Shown here piece by piece: positions 1-14,735 of a stretch of DNA of 64,000 bases. The translations under genes and the position numbers were made by a program. Source of the stretch: Eledone cirrhosa (taxonomy: Eukaryota); the NCBI GenBank assembly GCA_964016885.1, contig OZ024754.1, forward strand, positions 6,014,001 through 6,078,000, given 5' to 3'. The notes beneath the pieces were generated by a model. It was not told the origin of the DNA. It ran no database searches and saw only the letters and a list, made by a program, of their open reading frames with translations. Numbering within the stretch: the stretch's first letter is position 1; every line of letters starts with the position of its first letter.

Positions 1-5
1 CACAA

Positions 6-40
<35 letters not shown>

Positions 41-169
41 TACACACACACTCAAATGTATATATGCTCCAGTTACGATCTCTTCAAGATAATTTCTCTG
101 TATTTGAACTCAGACCATAAAGGGCCGTAACTCTTAATGAAAGCCGCTAACATCCCTGTACGATTAACA

Positions 170-729
170 GTAACATCACCACCAACAACATCACCATCAC
201 CACCATCATCATCGTTACGATTCCTATCACCACCACCACCACCACCATCATCATCCTTACCATTTCTACTACCACCACCACCACCACCATCATCCTTACC
301 ATTCCTACCACCACCACCACCAACACCACCATCATCCTTACCATTCCTACCACCACCACCACCACCATCATCATCCTTAGCATTACTACCACCACCACCA
401 TCATCCTTACCAGTCCTACCACCACCACCACCACCACCATCATATTGACCATCCCTACCAGCACCACTAACACCAACACCACCATCATCATCATCCTTAC
501 CATTCCTACCAACACCACCAACACCACCGCCACCATCACCACCACCATCGCCACGACCACCACCACCACCACCACCGCCACCACCACCACCACCATCACC
601 ACCACCACCACCACCACCGCCACCACCATCACCACCACCACCATCACCACCACCGCCACCATCACCACCACCATCATCACCACCACCGCCACCGCCACCA
701 CCACCACCACCATCACGACCAACATCATC

Positions 730-769
<40 letters not shown>

Positions 770-770
770 G
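170..770. repeat. ACC/ATC/AAC trinucleotide-rich array
   Basis: Direct reading. Confidence 0.9.
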
Positions 771-1126
771 CAGTGATAGCATTACAATGAATCTAATAGT
801 GAATGTATCTACAGATTTCACCCTCTTCCACCTCCTCCACCTCCTGCCGCCGCCACTCCACCTCCTCCTCCTCCTCCTCTCTAACTGGTCTGTAGCAGTG
901 GGAGTAGAGCAATAAGGTAAATTGGTTTTTGATGCCAGAGGGTGAATAATATGAGATTATATTAGAGGAACATCTGAATGTTGTTAACTGGTCTTTGCTG
1001 GCAGCGATAGAACTTTTGCCAAGAAATTGAAACACTTTCATTGGTGTACACCGAACAACGAGAAGCGAATACTAATATATATATATATATAGTGTATAAA
1101 TATATATATATATATATAGTGTATAA

Positions 1127-1211
<85 letters not shown>

Positions 1212-1272
1212 CACACTATATATATATATTTATACACTATATATATATTTATACACTATATATATATTCACA

Positions 1273-1326
<54 letters not shown>

Positions 1327-1410
1327 TATATATATATATTTATACACTATATGTATACACTATATATATATATATAGTGTATATATATATATTTATACAC
1401 TATATGTATA

Positions 1411-1444
<34 letters not shown>

Positions 1445-1460
1445 TATATATATATTTATA

Positions 1461-1527
<67 letters not shown>

Positions 1528-1696
1528 ATATATAGAATATATATATATATATATATAGTGTATATATATATATATCGTATATACATGCATATGTAGTGTA
1601 TACATGTATATGTAGTATATACATGTATATGTAGTTTATACATGTATATGAAGTATATGCATGTATATACTACTTATACATTTACTTATATATGTA

Positions 1697-1727
<31 letters not shown>

Positions 1728-1732
<5 letters not shown>

Positions 1733-1841
1733 ATACTTTGGGAGGGTCGTGTTGCCAATAAGAAACACACGCACCAGTTGCTTTCACTTCAATTTATTAT
1801 AATAAATTTATTGGCAACATGACCCTCCCAAAGTATAACAA
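1728..1841. mobile_element. Family E fold-back element with ~31-bp inverted ends
   Basis: ttgttatactttgggagggtcgtgttgccaa...ttggcaacatgaccctcccaaagtataacaa. The first ~80 bp match 35176 onward. Confidence 0.75.
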
Positions 1842-1898
1842 TATCGGTTTCAACACACGTTTTCAGATAAAGATTCTTGCTAAACAAATTCAGAAACG

Positions 1899-1980
<82 letters not shown>

Positions 1981-2036
1981 TACATATAGTGCATATATGT
2001 ATATGAAGGATATACATGTATATATATTTAAACAAT

Positions 2037-2075
<39 letters not shown>

Positions 2076-2077
<2 letters not shown>

Positions 2078-2263
2078 CGAAGGAAATGTGGTAAGGAACC
2101 AGGTGGACCATAACGCACCAAAGTACTCAATACTTAGGGTAGTAGAGTGGGTAATAGGAACAAGTAAGACCCCGACGGCTGAGCTCAAGCCGTTTCGACG
2201 GCTTCAGAATTCAGAATTAGCCGTCGAAACGGCTGGAGCTCAGTCGACGGGGTCTTACTTGTT

Positions 2264-2265
<2 letters not shown>
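2076..2265 (-). mobile_element. Family A TA-inserted fold-back element
   Basis: aacgaaggaaatgtggtaaggaaccagg...ccgtttcgacggct followed by a ~50-bp inverted copy ending cttacttgttcc. (TA)n on both sides. Confidence 0.8.
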
Positions 2266-2346
<81 letters not shown>

Positions 2347-2674
2347 TGACTCTCCATTACATGAACTGATTCATAGATCGGGATGTATTTTGATTCACGT
2401 CTTGAGAATATATCTTCAACTCTACCTCGCTTTTTTCCTTCCTTTTTCTTGCTATATATATTATATATATACGCATATATGTGGATAAACACACCGGCAC
2501 ACGCACACGTGTGTGTGTTGTGTATGTGGGTGTGTTGTGTATGTGTGTGTGAGTAGAGTAGGTATATATAAAATGTGGAAAGACACATTGGCATAAGGCA
2601 TTTCCGTGGTTAGTTACGGCAAGGCACACACACATACATAGAAATCTCCCTATACGTATATGCATATATACCGA

Positions 2675-2725
<51 letters not shown>

Positions 2726-2727
2726 GC

Positions 2728-2758
<31 letters not shown>

Positions 2759-2790
2759 TATATATGCATAAATATACATACATATATATA

Positions 2791-2973
2791 TAATTGTTTC
2801 TACTACTGATGACACAAGGTCAGCAATTAACCCAGTGCATTACTGGAACTTTATTTTATCGACCCCGTAAGGATGAAAGGTAAAGTTAACCTCGGCGGGA
2901 TTTGAACTCAGATCATAAAGAGCCGTAACTTTTTGCTGCAAAGCATGGCGTCCGACCCTCTACCGATTCTGCC
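2791..2973 (-). mobile_element. SINE family 1
   Basis: Reverse complement of the 15745 consensus. Confidence 0.8.
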
Positions 2974-3065
2974 ATAGTTTTGTCCACCTTAGTTATGAAA
3001 TATCGTGTGGGACCAACTACCAAACCTTGTGATACATTTTTCGTTACTTTTTTCCTTCTTTGTCA

Positions 3066-3128
<63 letters not shown>

Positions 3129-3485
3129 ACTAACCATCTCTTTTTCCTTTCTTCTCCCCTGTATTCATTTATTTTATTTTCCGTCATTCCCCACCCCATC
3201 CAACACCTATCCTCGAAGATTGACTTCCTACGAGAATTGCTCCTTTAAACCTGTTGATTTTAAGAAATATTGGTTTCTCATTTAGGCACAAGGCCGGCAA
3301 TTTTTTGAGAGGGTGGGGGAAAGTCGATTAAATCGACCCTAGTGTATCACTGGTACTTTATTTTATCGACCCAGTAAGTAGTTGTTGATGATGTTACTAT
3401 TGTTGTATTAGTTGTGAGCTAGATTAAAGAGCCATGTGGTATTTACTCACGTGTCTTTACTATCTGAGTTCAAATCCTGGCGAAA

Positions 3486-4319
<834 letters not shown>

Positions 4320-4917
4320 CTGGAGAGAGTGGGCGTCTGTGTGGGGGTGCGTGCGTGTGTGTGAGGGAGGGGGTTGTATGTGTGGGGGAGGTGGGGGTGG
4401 ATGTGGGGGTGCGTGTGTGTGTAGGGGGTGGGCGGGTGCGTGTACGTATGTGTGTGTGTGTGTGAGTTTGCCGCTCGTGTGTGTGTGTGTGTGTTCGTGT
4501 GTGTGTGTTCGTGTGTGTGTGCGCGTATGTGTGTGTGTGTGTGTGCGTGTGTGAGTGTGTATGTATTGGGTGGGGGGTGAAAGAGAGACAGACTAGGAGG
4601 AGTAGAGACAGTAACTCTGAGAAGGGAATGACTTGAGATATATGAATCAAAGAGGGGGAAAGGAAGGAAATCTAAGGGGAGGAGGAGGAGAGAGAGAGAG
4701 AGGGAGGATATAGGCTGACATTGAAAGTGAATTAGTGAAGGTGTGGGGTGTCGGAACAAATTGATTCCTACGTGGAGACGGATTAGAAAAGTGAAGCCAA
4801 AGGGCAGGTTTGTGGTTAAACGAAATAGGTTTGTTAGCTGCAGGCGAGGCAGGCAACATTAACTCGACAAATATTCTTATTACCATTTCGTTTATGTCTT
4901 TACTCCTTCTGCATACG

Positions 4918-5255
4918 GTCTTACATTTCACTGTGTAAAGTCTTACATTTCACTGTGTAAAGTCTTACATTTCACTGTGTAATGTCTTACAATTCACTGT
5001 GTAAAGTCTTACATTTCACTGTGTAATGTCTTACATTTCACTGTGTAAAGTCTTACATTTCACTGTGTAAAGTCTTACATTTCACTGTGTAATGTCTTAC
5101 ATTTCACTGTGTAAAGTCTTACATTTCACTGTGTAATGTCTTACATTTCACTGTGTAATGCCTTACATTTCACTGTGTAAAGTCTTACATTTCACTGTGT
5201 AATGCCTTACATTTCACTGTGTAATGTCTTACATTTCACTGTGTAATGTCTTATA
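4918..5255. repeat. 22-bp minisatellite
   Basis: (gtcttacatttcactgtgtaaW)n. Confidence 0.92.
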
Positions 5256-5539
5256 ATTTGCTCTGTTCTGTCTTATATTTTCTTGTAGAAGATCTTACGT
5301 TGTGACTGTGTAATGTTCTATATTTGAATGTGTAATGCTCTATATTCTGGTGTGTAATGCTCTATATTTTGGTGTGTAGTATCTATATTGTGGTGTGTAG
5401 TATCTATATTCTGGTGTGTAGTATCTATATTTAATGTACATTGCTTTTATTTGAATTTCTAATCTTGGTGTGAACCGTCAATATTTTTGTAAAAGGCTCT
5501 ATATTTGTTACGTCTATAATTGAGTGTGTAGATATTTAT

Positions 5540-6060
5540 ATTATAACGTGTAATATCGATATTTTAACGTGTAATATCGATATTTTAACGTATAATACCT
5601 ATATTATAACGTGTAATATCTATATTATAACGTATAATATCAATATTTTAACATGTAATATCTATATTATAACGTGTAATATCGATATTTTAACGTGTAA
5701 TATCTATATTATAACGTGTAATATCGATATTTTAACGTGTAATATCTATATTTTAACGTGTAATATCTATATTTTAACGTGTAGATATCTATATTTTAAC
5801 GTGTAATATCTATATTTTCACGTGTAATATCTATATTTTAACGTGTAATATCTATATTTTAACGTGTAATATCGATATTTTAACGTGTAGATATCTATAT
5901 TTTAACGTGTAAATATCTTTATTTTAACGTGTAATATCTATATTTTAACGTATATCTATATTTTAACGTGTAATATCTATATTTTAACGTGTAATATCTA
6001 TATTTTAACGTATAATATCTATATTTTAACGTGTAATATCTATATTTTAACGTGTAAATA
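5540..6060. repeat. 21-bp minisatellite
   Basis: (tatctatattttaacgtgtaa)n. Confidence 0.92.
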
Positions 6061-6778
6061 TCTAGTGTGAAGTGTGTATATATTGATGCGTTGTGTGTAT
6101 ATATTGGTGTGTATATATTGTCGTGTGTATATATTGTGTGTATATATTGGTGTTTTGTGTGTATGTATTGGTGTGTTGTGTGTATGTATTGGTGTGTTGT
6201 GTGTATATATTGGTGTATAATGTGTATTACTCTTTTACTTTTTTACCTGTTCCAGCCATCCGGCTGAGGCCATGCTGGGGCACCGCCCTTGTTGCTATAC
6301 ATTTTTTATTGTCTACATTTTAGTGCGTATTGTAGATGTTAGTGTGTAAAGTCCATAATTTAATGTGTAAAGTCCATAATTTAATGTGTAAAGTCCATAA
6401 TTGAATGTCTATACTGTCGTAGGTTTAAATGTGTAATGTGTGATGTTGTTGTTGTTGTGTTTGTAGTTATATTAGTGATGGAAGTAGGGTGATAGAGGTC
6501 AATGTAGTAGTTGTCTGGTGAGGTCACATGAGATAGGGGCGCTGTGTGCAACCAAATTTGCATTTATGCATATGCAGATCGATGTCTCAGGTTTTGAATA
6601 AATATGTGTACATTTTTCAGAGCATTTGCTATTTAAAGATTCTACACACATACACCCAACCACACCCAACATATACTTATATATATACATACATATTTAT
6701 ATCCACACACATCCACAGACAGACACACACACAGACAGACACACACAAAGAAAGAAACCAGAACATTATTTTTATGAT

Positions 6779-6895
6779 TTGAGTTCAAATCCCGCCGAGG
6801 TTAACTTTGCCTTTCATCCTTACGGGTCGATAAAATAAAGTACCAGTAATGTACTGGGGTAATTGCTGCCTTGTGCCTAAAATAGGAACAATTAT
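6779..6895 (+). mobile_element. SINE family 1, 5'-truncated
   Basis: Runs from the B-box to the tail. Confidence 0.78.
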
Positions 6896-6995
6896 TCTCT
6901 GAAAGTTCTTTATACTTTGAAGAAGGGAATTTTTACTCACGAAATATAAGCAAATACATACACACACATGTATGTATGTATATATATATACATAT

Positions 6996-7125
6996 GATTC
7001 CTGATGATTTCTAAAGAATGAAACAGTTCTAGTCCTGTAGAATCTCATCTATATTAAAACTTTTATACTCTGCAATGTATTGAGTACCTTACTTACTGTG
7101 GTTACCTCCGATTCAACCCGGAATA

Positions 7126-7128
<3 letters not shown>
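6996..7128 (+). mobile_element. Family B TA-inserted hammerhead-bearing element
   Basis: Starts at gattc-CTGATGA and ends ...ccgattcaacccggaataatg(TA)n. Homologous to the copies at 35752 and 53032. Confidence 0.8.
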
Positions 7129-7200
<72 letters not shown>

Positions 7201-7202
<2 letters not shown>

Positions 7203-7390
7203 AACGAGTAGGACGCCGACGGCTGAGCTCAAGCCGTTTCGACGGCTAATTCAGGTCCAGAATTAGCCGTTGAAACGGCTTGAGCTCAGCCGTCGGGGTC
7301 CTACTCGTTCCTATTACCCACTCTACTACCCTAAGTATTGAGTACTTTGGTGCGTTATGGTCCACCTGGTTCCTTACCACATTTCCTTCG

Positions 7391-7392
<2 letters not shown>
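7201..7392 (+). mobile_element. Family A TA-inserted fold-back element
   Basis: Reverse-orientation near-copy of 2076-2265 including the inverted arm; flanked by (TA)n. Confidence 0.8.
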
Positions 7393-7447
<55 letters not shown>

Positions 7448-7730
7448 TTTTCTTTTTACAACACAATATAATTATTCTATCTATAGATATTTCATCTAAT
7501 GAACGAACTAGATGTTTCTGTTAGAATCGTCTAACTTCGTGAAACCTTGGGTAATGGAATAATTATATAGCGTTGTTTAATATATAATTAAATAGCTCTA
7601 TTAAGTATTTCCGTCGAAAAGGTAAAGGAAAGAAGAGTGCTCTATGTATAGTACAGAGCCATTGCGAGCTAAGGATCCGCTAAGGTGAAACAATTGTTCT
7701 CGGTATGGTGAACTAACTGTTGTGTAACCA

Positions 7731-7781
<51 letters not shown>

Positions 7782-7972
7782 AACAGGGAGAAAAAGACGA
7801 TTATTAGGAAGAAAACATTTTTTTTTTTCGTTTTTATTTTTTTCTCTCTTTTTTCTGGGTTAGAAAATGATTAAAACGAAATATTTTACTTTGTATGAAG
7901 TGTTAATGTATTAGTTGATTTATTTATTAATTAACAATGGCATTTATTTATTTATTTATTCATTTATTTATT

Positions 7973-8068
<96 letters not shown>

Positions 8069-8631
8069 TACATCTATCTTCGCAGATGATTGTGGTCCCT
8101 CTGTGATCCCTCGATTCTATCACCATCTGTATAGCAAAGTAGTGCTGTGTAACCAAAACATCTCCAACATTCCACCATATGACAGACACTCAATACAAAT
8201 ATATCGTGACAAATGTAATGGATGTGAAACCTGGAACTTTCTTATTCTACTCACACACATATTTGATCTACACAGAAAATATCTCCGCATTGCAACCACC
8301 ATAATATAATAACACACCCGCTTTAAGTGCTTGTATTTTGTATGCAACAACCAGCATTCATATATGCTTGATACTTTTGCTTGTTCAATTGCTTTATATA
8401 TGACTAACGCACGTACTGTCTCTTTAATTTTATTTATTTACTAGACGCTCTTGTATTATCTGTCACATGTGCTCCACCAAAAGCTTTTAATTTTAATTTT
8501 GAATCTTATTGTACAATTATAGTATAACATAATATATGTCGCATCCATCCCACACTGTTGTCCACAATATGTATCTGTATGATTCTTCAGCGGAATAGTA
8601 GGCTGATTATATGTACAAACATTATTAATAG

Positions 8632-8678
8632 TGCTCCGAAGACTCCAAGCCTAGGCTTGGAAGAAACAATTGTCAGCA
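8632..8678 (+). ncRNA. Type I hammerhead ribozyme with one core substitution
   Basis: tgct-CCGAAGA-c tccaagcctaggcttgga a-GAAA-caattg-TC-agca. Palindromic stems II and III, GUC cleavage triplet, U4 changed to C. Confidence 0.72.
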
Positions 8679-8856
8679 ATTAAAAGTTCTAACATAGCTT
8701 TGATTCGTGTGTATTCTATGTTACTGCTCTGTATAACAACTGATGTTCTTACATTGAGCTATTTATCTTAGTGGTAATGAGGTAGTAATACATTACTGAC
8801 CTTACCTGTTTATAGTTGTATATATTATAGTATATACATAACTATAGATAGTATCC

Positions 8857-8900
<44 letters not shown>

Positions 8901-8913
8901 ACATATATATATG

Positions 8914-9129
<216 letters not shown>

Positions 9130-9150
9130 TTGAACTCTGTCCCTCTATAG

Positions 9151-9270
9151 TCTGAGTTCAAATCCCGCCGATGTTAACTTTTCCTTTCATCCTTACGTGG
9201 TTGATAAAATAAAGTACTAGTAATGCACTGGGATAATTGCTGGCCTTGTGCCCAAAGTAGAAACAATTAT
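9151..9270 (+). mobile_element. SINE family 1, 5'-truncated
   Basis: Runs from the B-box to the tail. Confidence 0.78.
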
Positions 9271-10898
9271 TTTTAGTGTGTATGGGGGAGGGCAGCGTCT
9301 TATACATCGCAAAACACACATACATACATACACAATACAAAGCGGCATATATTTTCAGACATATATGTTACACTGTATATTATTGTATATTTTTGATTAT
9401 TTTATAATTCACTACTTTAACGATAATAGCCGCTTGTACATGTTTTGTTGTTTTGTTCTGTTTTGCTGGTTTTCTTTTTTATGGATTTATTTTTATGTGT
9501 ACAAGAAACGTCAACCTGTTGTGAATAATAAAATGGCAAGATAGTAAGTGTGACAAATACAACACTCCTCCAGAACCACACCCTGCATGATATTGTGGTA
9601 TTATTTAAAGCGTTACGAATTCTACTGACGACGCCCTGTGACATATGACACACTGTGACTAAATGGAGTGTGAATATCTTTCTTATACAACAGCACACCA
9701 CCGCCACCACCGTCACCATTATCACAACCACTATCGAAATTACACAACTCCACTACCAAACCACTACCTCTACCACAAACACCACCACTACCACAACCAC
9801 TATCACAATCACACAACACCACCACCACCACCATCACTATCACAAACACTATCACAATCACAACAGCACCACCACCACCACTACCACTACCACACAACAC
9901 CACCACTACCACTATCACAATCACACAACACCATCACTATCAGAACCACACAACACCACCACCACCACTATCACAACCACACAACACCACCACTACTACC
10001 ACTATCACAACCACACAACACTACTACTACCACTGTCACACTCGCACAACACCATCACTATCACCACCACTATCACAACCACACAACACCACCACCACTA
10101 TCAATATCACAACCACACAACAACAACAACACTACCACCACCACTATCACAACCACACAACATCACAACTATCACAACCCCTACCGCCACTGAGGAATCT
10201 CAGAGTAACAACATATGTTAGACGGCATGACAAATTGAAAGCTGTGACAGGCAGACCCAGCACGACACCGAAGCAACGGGAAAACCAACAGGTTAATAAA
10301 AAGCAAACTTGGACCATCTCGGAGGCAGATGTTCGTTTCTCCGATAGGTTTCTATGATACCAAAATCAACAATCCTACTTGCGCAAGTATACAAGTTTTT
10401 GGTGTTTGAAGATCTAACTGGGGATTTATGTTATCAACAGGTTTCCGTTCTGCGCCGTGACCCGGTGTGGTATGAAGTAGTAAGCCACTGTAAGCCACTG
10501 TTGTTACCAGAATTATTCATCATCATCATCATCATCAATAAAGTTACTGTGGTATGGATGGAAGACATGGAAAACTTATAGCTTTTATAAACAAACTATT
10601 TCTGTTTAAAGCTTATTTACGTAAATTGCAGCACGTTTTTTTTTTTGCTGGTTTTTGTTGTTGGTTTTAACCTGTTTGGCAGTTTTCTTTCTTTAACTGT
10701 AGAAGTTGTTTTTTTTTTACATACATTTTTTGTTATTGGCATGGTGATGAGGTTAGATAAAAGTGTTTCTTCAGCAAATGTAAAAATGACCTGACACTTG
10801 CTCTAGCATCTTAGGAAATTCTCATTAAGGAAAATATTTACAAGTGTGTCTACATTAATTAACACATACACACAAATATATATATACATATGTATATA

Positions 10899-10968
<70 letters not shown>

Positions 10969-11011
10969 CATATATATATATATATATATACATATATACA
11001 CACAAATATAC

Positions 11012-11097
<86 letters not shown>

Positions 11098-11618
11098 GTA
11101 TATATGTATATATATATAAACATATATACTTCCATACACACAATTATAAGACGAAGCCTGGATTTTTCGTGATTGAAATTATTTCAAAAGTGCAAACGAA
11201 GGAAAAGAACATCATCAAAAACAACAACAACAACAATGATATCACCACAAGTAGCAGTAACAACACCAACAGCAACAACAACAAACACAAATACTATATT
11301 CACATATATTGAGAAGAAAGCAATCAATTATATTCCTCTAACTTTCCTACAGCTAAGACATTTGTCACCTTCAAACATTTTACATCATTCGGTCTTATTG
11401 CGTGCTTTAATATATTAGTTATTGTTTTCGGGTTTTCGTTTTGTGTCTACTCAATAATAAAAAGGGGAAATAATTGAATCTAGAAATTCGTGGCAGACAT
11501 ATTGAAAGATACACCTTAAATTAAGTGGTCGGAACAATAGCCTAGAATCAACTATCATCTTCTACATGGTGGTATGTTTTTTTCTACTTTCATTATCTAC
11601 ACGTTTAGAGAAAACGTC

Positions 11619-11700
<82 letters not shown>

Positions 11701-11720
11701 GACGTTTATATTTGTGTGTA

Positions 11721-11797
<77 letters not shown>

Positions 11798-11798
11798 C

Positions 11799-11908
<110 letters not shown>

Positions 11909-11974
11909 TATATATAAATACATTCATCAGACATTTATACACATACTTGTATTCATATGTGTAAACATGTAAAT

Positions 11975-12019
<45 letters not shown>

Positions 12020-12052
12020 TTCAAAATATTTAAATATATATATATATATATT

Positions 12053-12094
<42 letters not shown>

Positions 12095-12125
12095 AATATA
12101 TATATACATACAGATATACATACAT

Positions 12126-12196
<71 letters not shown>

Positions 12197-12380
12197 TATA
12201 TATATATTCATATATTTTTATTCATATATATATATTCATATATATATATAAAGAGAGAGTGAGAGAGAGAGAGAAAGAGAGAGATACATACATACATATA
12301 TATTTGTGTGTGTATATATATATAGTAATTATAAATGTGAAGACTAAAATCCAAAGGGGGCTCGTTTAGGGTGGAAGCAC

Positions 12381-12702
12381 CGAGTGTATGTAATGTAAGT
12401 TTTGGTTAGGTTTATGGTAAGGTTGGTAGATACCCGTAGATAGGTCTAAAGTTATATCTAGGAAATTAACTATTTTACTGGTGTTTTCAAATCTAATAGT
12501 GAGGTTGTAATAGTCTTTGAGGAAAGTTCTAAGTTTTTTTGTTTTTTTCAATTTCTGATAGGCTAAGATTAGTGGAAAGAAGAAGACAGTCATCACGATA
12601 TAAACCACCTTTAAGGTGGGGAAAAGAAGAATTTATGTTAAATAGAAGAAAGAAACCCACAAGATCGGTAATTTGGGCAGAATCACTAGAGCCCATAGTA
12701 AT
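12381..12702 (-). pseudogene. Frameshifted PLE reverse transcriptase fragment (Naiad-like motif style)
   Basis: ITMGSSDSAQITDLVG...GGLYRDDCL, then in the next frame VNFLDITLDLSTGIYQPYHKPNQNLHYIH. These match PLE RT palm/thumb motifs of the MGS.D.A...LVG / GLYRDD / NFLD.TL type. Confidence 0.8.
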
Positions 12703-12827
12703 CTTGCTCTGTTTTTCTATGATTTTCATCGAAAATTTTTGAATGCATCTTCTCTTTTCATGATATTTGGATTACTTTGAGTTCTTCATACGGATTGGAC
12801 ACTACCGTATATTTTGGTAGATTTATC

Positions 12828-12897
<70 letters not shown>

Positions 12898-13312
12898 CGT
12901 GTGTATATCTGTGTATATATATAAAAATATATATGTGTGTGTGTGTGTGAGTATGTGTATGAATATGTGTATGTATCTAGCTATGTCTGTCTAGCTGTTA
13001 ATCTCAATGGGGGGGGGGGTTCGTAGCATATTTTGGATGGTCGCTTCTTCAATATAAATACTATAGATATGTAGATTGATACGCAGAAAAGAACCTATTC
13101 TGAGTTCCAGCTGACGCTTTGCATTCGATTTTTCTCATATATGTATCAATTATCTATAAATATTTACCCAAACGTACGCACAACTAATCTGTCTATCTGT
13201 CCGTTTCTTTATCTATCTATATATCTATCAATCTATCGACCTTCCCTCCGTCTGTCTCTCGTGTGTCTGGGGATTTTCATGTCGTTTTGTAAGCACAGAG
13301 TTTAAGAACTAA

Positions 13313-13405
<93 letters not shown>

Positions 13406-13418
13406 ATATATATATATA

Positions 13419-13490
<72 letters not shown>

Positions 13491-13556
13491 ATATATATAT
13501 ATGATATATATATATATGATATATATATATGATATATATATATATATATATATATG

Positions 13557-13616
<60 letters not shown>

Positions 13617-13624
13617 ATATATAT

Positions 13625-13656
13625 AACGAAAGAAATGTGGTAAGGAACCAGGTGGA

Positions 13657-13660
<4 letters not shown>
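13625..13660 (-). mobile_element. Family A terminal stub
   Basis: aacgaaagaaatgtggtaaggaaccaggtggacca embedded in (TA)n. Confidence 0.7.
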
Positions 13661-13698
<38 letters not shown>

Positions 13699-13807
13699 CA
13701 TATATATATATATATGTATATATATACACACACACACACACATATATACGTATATATATATATATATGATATATATATATATATGATATATATATATATG
13801 ATATATA

Positions 13808-13852
<45 letters not shown>

Positions 13853-14098
13853 TGCATGCATGTATACTGTGTGTTGTGCAAATCATTCATCCACTCAGCA
13901 GAGACATGCTGCTAACCAACTGTTTAACTGAGTATTGTCAATCATTCAGCCATGCATACCTAACCAGCCACCCAGCCAGTCAAGTCATGGATCTCTCCGT
14001 CCAGCCATGCGGTTAAATATCAAACCACTCAACCAACCACAAAGATATATTTATTCAGGCATCACTGTGTCGAACAATGGCTGACCAGATTAGATAAA

Positions 14099-14735
14099 TC
14101 AACATTCTCTCTTTTATCTCATACATTTTCTTTTCACCTTTAAACCCCCCTCTGTGAATTTCAGCACTCGACGGGAGCAAACGCACTTTTATTTTTCCCC
14201 TCAAAGTTAACTCTTACCATCCTGTAATGATTTCGTAGGATCTTCTTATAAAACAGGGTCGCTTAGTTTAAATGTTTATAGTGATTTTACTAGTGGACAG
14301 ATAGATCATTGTCAACATTCTCCCTTTTATCTCATACATTTTCTTTTCACCTTTAAACCTCCCTCGGTGGCCCTCAGCACTTGACGGGAGAAAACGCACT
14401 TTTATTTTCCCCTCAAACTTAACTCTTACCACCCTGTAATGATTTCGTAGGATCTTCTTATAAAACAGGGTCGCTTAGTTCAAATGTTTATAGTGATTTT
14501 ACTAGTGGACAGATAGATCATTGTCAACATTCTCCCTTTTATCTCATACATTTTCTTTTCACCTTTAAACCTCCCTCGGTGGCCCTCAGCACTTGACGGG
14601 AGAAAACGCACTTTTATTTCCCCTCAAACTTAACTCTTACCACCCTGTAATGATTTCGTAGGATCTTCTTATAAAACAGGGTCGCTTAGTTCAAATGTTT
14701 ATAGTGATTTTACTAGTCGACAGATCATTGTCAAT
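14099..14735. repeat. ~212-bp tandem repeat, 3 copies
   Basis: Units start with tcaacattctc at about 14099, 14312 and 14524. Confidence 0.92.

Noticed and set aside
1728-1841. Classical MITE with TIRs
   Set aside because: Relatives at 35176 and 27710 have only one such end plus a hammerhead, so the second end is better explained as a fold-back.
1842-1900. Hammerhead-like ctgaaaa...gaaaccgata on the minus strand
   Set aside because: Core mismatch and no convincing stems I or II.
2180-2245. Complete hammerhead in family A
   Set aside because: Only GAAA-cggc-TT-gagc is present; no copy extends far enough upstream to show CUGANGA.
2016-2369. Recurrent peptide [28 protein letters not shown] in four ORFs
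   Set aside because: It is a chance translation of the family A repeat joined to TA-derived YI runs, not a gene family.
4647-4931. 94-aa ORF of normal composition
   Set aside because: No recognisable motif, and it starts in a minisatellite; cannot be supported without transcript data.
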